This document shows positions 60,245 through 64,000 of a DNA stretch of 64,000 nucleotides, in pieces (position 1 is the stretch's first letter; each line of letters opens with the position of its first letter). Under the pieces are notes generated by a model. The model ran no database searches. It was not told the DNA's origin and was given only the letters and a program-made list of their open reading frames with translations. The DNA is from Alphaproteobacteria bacterium (lineage in GTDB: Bacteria > Pseudomonadota > Alphaproteobacteria > MPNO01). Location: the NCBI GenBank assembly GCA_964291675.2, contig OZ219866.1, forward strand, positions 3,424,001 to 3,488,000, in the 5' to 3' direction. Made by a program: the position numbers and the translations under genes.

Positions 60245-62194
60245 ATGGCCGACAGGTCCGCTCCCGGCGCGGCGCGGCGCCTCGACCCCATGGTCGCGGT
60301 CGATTGGGCGATCTCCGGGCTGAACGCGGTCGGCACGCTCTGGATCTTCGCGATCATGGTGGCGATCAACGCCGACGTGTTCGCGCGGTTCCTGTTCAGC
60401 GCGCCGATCAGCGGCGTGCCGCTGCTGATCGAGCTGTCGATCGTCGCCATCGTCTTCGTCCAGCTCGCCGCCGCGCTCAGAGGCGGGCGGATGACCCGTT
60501 CCGACGTGCTGATCGGCCGTCTGCTCGGTTCCCGGGCGATGCTGGGCCACACCCTGCAGGCGATATACCACCTCGCCGGCGCCGTCCTGATGGCGGGGAT
60601 CGTCCTCTATGTCCTGCCGATCTTCCAGCGCGCGTGGGAGCGCGACACCTATGCCGGGCTGGAGGGCGACGTGACGATCGCGATCTGGCCCTTCAAGCTT
60701 TTCCTTGTCCTCGGCGCGGGGTTCTGCGCGGTCCAGTTCCTGCGCGAGCTATGGGCCGATCTCCGGTTCATCGCGCGCCGGCGGCGGGAGGGCGACCGGG
60801 AGCTGGGCGGTCCGCTCGCGGGCATCGCCGCCGCCATCGCCGTCGCGCTGGTCTTCCTCGCGCTCGGCACCGCGTTCGACTTCACCAGGGCGCAGATCGC
60901 CGTGATCTCGGTGCTCTTCGTCCTGTTCCTGGTCTATGTCGGCGTCCATGTCGGGGTCGCGCTCTCGCTGCTCTCCTTCATCTGCGTCTGGATCATGCGC
61001 GACAACTTCGAGATCGCCGGCAGGCTGATGGGGCTGGCGGCATCCGAAGGCCTGCAGCGCTACGAGTTCGGCGTCATCCCGCTGTTCGTGCTGATGGGGC
61101 TGTTCGTCAGCGTCTCCGACATCGGCAAGGACACCTACGACGTGGCGAACCACCTGTTCCGCCGCTTCAGGGCGGGGTTGGGCTCGGCGACGGTCGGCGC
61201 GAACGCGGTCTTCGCCGCGGTGACCGGGACCTCGATCGCCTCCGCGTCGGTCTTCACCAAGGTCGCGGTGCCGGAGATGCTGCGGCTCGGCTACCGCCCC
61301 CGCTTCGCCGTCGGCGTGGTGGCGGGCTCGTCGGTGCTCGGCATGCTGATCCCGCCGAGCCTGCTGCTGATCCTGTTCGGCATCCTCGCCGAGACCTCGA
61401 TCGGCGATCTGTTCATCGCCGGGATCGTCCCCGGTCTCCTCCTGTCGGCGGCCTATTGCGCGCTGATCTGGATCATGGCGCGCCGCTTTCCCGACCGGGT
61501 CGCCGCGCGCGAGACGCTGGAGCGCGAGACCCGCTCGGAGATGTCCGCTCGCGAGCTCTGGGTCAAGCTCGCCCCCATCGTGCTCTTGATCCTTATCGTG
61601 CTCGGCGGCATCTATGGCGGGGTGTTCACGGCGACCGAGGCGGGCGCGGTCGGCGCGCTGGGCGCCATGATCCTGACGATGCTCAAGCGCAGGCTGACCT
61701 GGAAGACGTTCTGGGAGGCGTTGTCGGAGACCGGGCATGTGACCGCGGCGATCTGCTTCCTGCTGATCGCCGCCCAGCTCTACTCCCGGATGATCGCCTT
61801 GTCCGGCGTCCCCAACCTGATGGAGCAGTACATCCTCGCATCGGGGCTCGGCTATGCCGGCCTGCTCGCGGTCTACATCGTGGTGCTGATCCTCCTCGGG
61901 ACCATCCTGGACGCGGGCTCGATTATGCTGATCACCGTGCCCCTCGCGGTGCCCGCGCTGGCATCGTTCGACATCGACCTCGTCTGGTTCGGGATCGTGA
62001 CCATCATCGCGGTCGAGATCGGGCTGCTGACGCCGCCGCTCGGGCTGGCGTGCTTCGTGATCCACAACAACCTTCAGGACCGCCGCATCAAGGTGGAGGA
62101 CATCTTCTGGGGCGCGGCGCCGTTCGCGCTGACCATGCTGGTGGTCCTGATCCTGGTCACCGTGTTCCCCTGGATCGCGCTCGCGCTCGTATAG
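60245..62194 (+). CDS. Fused TRAP permease DctQ-DctM
   Basis: N-terminal DctQ (DVFARFLF..PISG), then IPLFVLMG, LIPPS, TATEAGA, LTPPLG. Confidence 0.9.
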   Translation: MADRSAPGAARRLDPMVAVDWAISGLNAVGTLWIFAIMVAINADVFARFLFSAPISGVPLLIELSIVAIVFVQLAAALRGGRMTRSDVLIGRLLGSRAMLGHTLQAIYHLAGAVLMAGIVLYVLPIFQRAWERDTYAGLEGDVTIAIWPFKLFLVLGAGFCAVQFLRELWADLRFIARRRREGDRELGGPLAGIAAAIAVALVFLALGTAFDFTRAQIAVISVLFVLFLVYVGVHVGVALSLLSFICVWIMRDNFEIAGRLMGLAASEGLQRYEFGVIPLFVLMGLFVSVSDIGKDTYDVANHLFRRFRAGLGSATVGANAVFAAVTGTSIASASVFTKVAVPEMLRLGYRPRFAVGVVAGSSVLGMLIPPSLLLILFGILAETSIGDLFIAGIVPGLLLSAAYCALIWIMARRFPDRVAARETLERETRSEMSARELWVKLAPIVLLILIVLGGIYGGVFTATEAGAVGALGAMILTMLKRRLTWKTFWEALSETGHVTAAICFLLIAAQLYSRMIALSGVPNLMEQYILASGLGYAGLLAVYIVVLILLGTILDAGSIMLITVPLAVPALASFDIDLVWFGIVTIIAVEIGLLTPPLGLACFVIHNNLQDRRIKVEDIFWGAAPFALTMLVVLILVTVFPWIALALV

Positions 62195-62207
62195 CGGGCA
62201 CGCGGTC

Positions 62208-62969
62208 TCAGGCCATGCCGGAAATCGTGTGCTGCTTCGGCCGGGGCGGGGTCTCCCCGGTGCCGGCGGCGTAGACCCGCCGGACGGCGGGGCGCGCCAT
62301 CAGGCGGTCGTACCAGCCGTTGACGCGGGAAAACCGGTCGCGGTCGAGCATCGCCGGACGCAGCTCGGTCACCCGGTGGACGATGGCGAGCATGCCGATA
62401 TCCGCCAGCGAGTAGGTCTCGCCGGCAAGCCACGGCCCGTCGGCGAGATCTTCCTCCGCCCGCCCGATGACGAAACCGAGGCGGTCGAAGGCATGGTCGA
62501 TCTCGCCCTCGTCGAACCCGCCGCCGACGATCCGGCGCATACGCTCCCGCCTTTCCGGCGCGGGCATGCGGTGGAGCAGGCGCTCGATCTCGGCGGGCTC
62601 AAGATCGGTCATCTTCCGCTTCAGCACCCCGTCATAGGTCGCGTTCTGCAACGCCGGATGGACCATGTCGGCGGCCCAGGTCCAGAGCCGCATGCGGCTC
62701 CGCGCCCCGGGGTCGGACGGGCGCAGCGGCGGGTCGGGAAATGCGTCCTCGAGGTACTCGGCGATCGCCGCCGAGTTGACGATGGGGCGCCCGTCATGCA
62801 CCAGCGTCGGCACCACCCCCCAGGGGTTGAGCTTGAGATAGTCGGCGCTCAGATGCGCATGGTGCTGGAGCTCGATATAGCGGCTGACATAGGGCAGCCC
62901 CTTCTCGACCAGCGCGAGGCGCACCTGTTTGGAGCAGGTCGACAGGCCGGAATGATAGAGCTCGAGCAT
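62208..62969 (-). CDS. Glutathione S-transferase
   Basis: STCSKQVR, LNPWGVVPTL, WLAGETYSLAD. Confidence 0.9.
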   Translation of the reverse strand: MLELYHSGLSTCSKQVRLALVEKGLPYVSRYIELQHHAHLSADYLKLNPWGVVPTLVHDGRPIVNSAAIAEYLEDAFPDPPLRPSDPGARSRMRLWTWAADMVHPALQNATYDGVLKRKMTDLEPAEIERLLHRMPAPERRERMRRIVGGGFDEGEIDHAFDRLGFVIGRAEEDLADGPWLAGETYSLADIGMLAIVHRVTELRPAMLDRDRFSRVNGWYDRLMARPAVRRVYAAGTGETPPRPKQHTISGMA

Positions 62970-62979
62970 CTCTCCCTCC

Positions 62980-63972
62980 TCAGTTGCCGCGTTCGTCCGC
63001 GCCCAGCAGGCTGCGGGGCGGCTCGCCGTCCAGCCAGCGGCGCACGTTGCGCGCGCCGAGCCGCACCGCCTCGACCTGCGCGCCCGCCACGCTGGCCGAG
63101 TTGTGCGGCGCGGCGATCACGTTTGGCAGGTCGAGGAACGGATGGTCGATGCGGAACTCGCCGTGCCGCACCGGCTCGACCCACCACGACTCCAGGCAGG
63201 CGAAGAACCGCCGGTTGGCGACGAGGTGGCGGTAGAGCGTGTCCTGGTCGACGATCTCGCCGCGCGCGACGTTGACCAGGATCGCGTCGTCCTTCATCCA
63301 GCCGAGCTCGCGCGCGCCGATCAGCCCCGCCGTCGCCCTTGTCAGCGACAGCGAGACCAGGACGACATCGGCGGCGCGGAGCACCTCTTCCAGCGCCGCC
63401 AGGGTGCCGATGAACGCCACCGCCTCGGCGGTCTCGCCGCTGCGGTTGATGGCGTGGATCTCCGCACCCAGCGCCCGGAACAGCCCCGCCGCCTGCCGCC
63501 CGACGCCGCCGAAGCCGATTATCGCGCAGACCGCCCCGTCGAGGGTACGGTTGGCGACGAACTGGTTGAACCGCCCCGCGCGCATCTCCCGGTGCTCGAC
63601 CGGCAGGCGCTTGGCGGCGGCCAGCGTCATCGCCAGCGCGAACTCCGCCATCGGGCCGGCGAACGCGCCCGCATTCGAGGCGATCGGCAGGTCGCGCGGG
63701 AACAGATGCAGCGGCACGTGGTCGACCCCCGCGGTCAGGAGCTGGACGAAGCCGAGCGAGGTCATCGCGGCCACGTCGTCCGCCGCGACCTCGATCCGGG
63801 GGTTCTGGGCGATCAGCACGCGCGCCCGCGCCCGCGCGTCCTCCCAGTCTCCCGGCGCGAGATCGGGCCTGTACAGCAGCTCGCAGCGCGCGCCGAGCTC
63901 GTGGCGGTAGACGCTGCGCGCCTCGGCGGCCGGGTCGTGGGCGACAAGGACGCAGGGCGGGGCCGCGGTCAT
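62980..63972 (-). CDS. D-isomer-specific 2-hydroxyacid dehydrogenase
   Basis: AGVDH, GFGGVG, LVNVARG, APHNS. Confidence 0.88.
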   Translation of the reverse strand: MTAAPPCVLVAHDPAAEARSVYRHELGARCELLYRPDLAPGDWEDARARARVLIAQNPRIEVAADDVAAMTSLGFVQLLTAGVDHVPLHLFPRDLPIASNAGAFAGPMAEFALAMTLAAAKRLPVEHREMRAGRFNQFVANRTLDGAVCAIIGFGGVGRQAAGLFRALGAEIHAINRSGETAEAVAFIGTLAALEEVLRAADVVLVSLSLTRATAGLIGARELGWMKDDAILVNVARGEIVDQDTLYRHLVANRRFFACLESWWVEPVRHGEFRIDHPFLDLPNVIAAPHNSASVAGAQVEAVRLGARNVRRWLDGEPPRSLLGADERGN

Positions 63973-64000
63973 CTGGGATACTCCATCTTTGGGCGAGGAC

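Overview
High-GC alphaproteobacterial chromosome segment; Rhodospirillales-like is my inference from the porin and the ispB-DUF2007-trmN6-S49 block. It is rich in transporters (PotABC-like, nucleoside BMP-ABC, two Liv-type ABC, Dpp-type ABC, TRAP) and carries tRNA-Pro(CGG). It also holds a lignin-biphenyl (DDVA)-type catabolic set: close homologues of ligY and ligZ at 26.7-33.2 kb and ligXa at 49.4-50.7 kb. A 13.6-kb IS66-bounded composite transposon (35204-48779, 8-bp target duplication ACGCTGAA) sits in a dead TRAP dctM between them. The IS66 copies have received four other elements. (i) A four-gene TG..CA transposon (Zn-ribbon/HTH, Mu-like DDE, ExeA-like AAA+, RepA-like helicase) and (ii) an IS21-type end each lie exactly 26 bp inside an IS66 left end. 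(iii) A large-serine-recombinase element sits in tnpC, and its accessory gene regains its own RBS and ATG only in the excised circle. (iv) A group II intron lies 1 nt from the IS66 right terminus. The cargo is a secreted FGE-sulfatase/CLec gene with hallmarks of a diversity-generating-retroelement (DGR) target, but no template repeat or DGR RT is in the window. A second group II intron sits in the terminal inverted repeat of a ~270-bp MITE-like element. All family and homologue calls come from motif recognition and memory; no searches were run.
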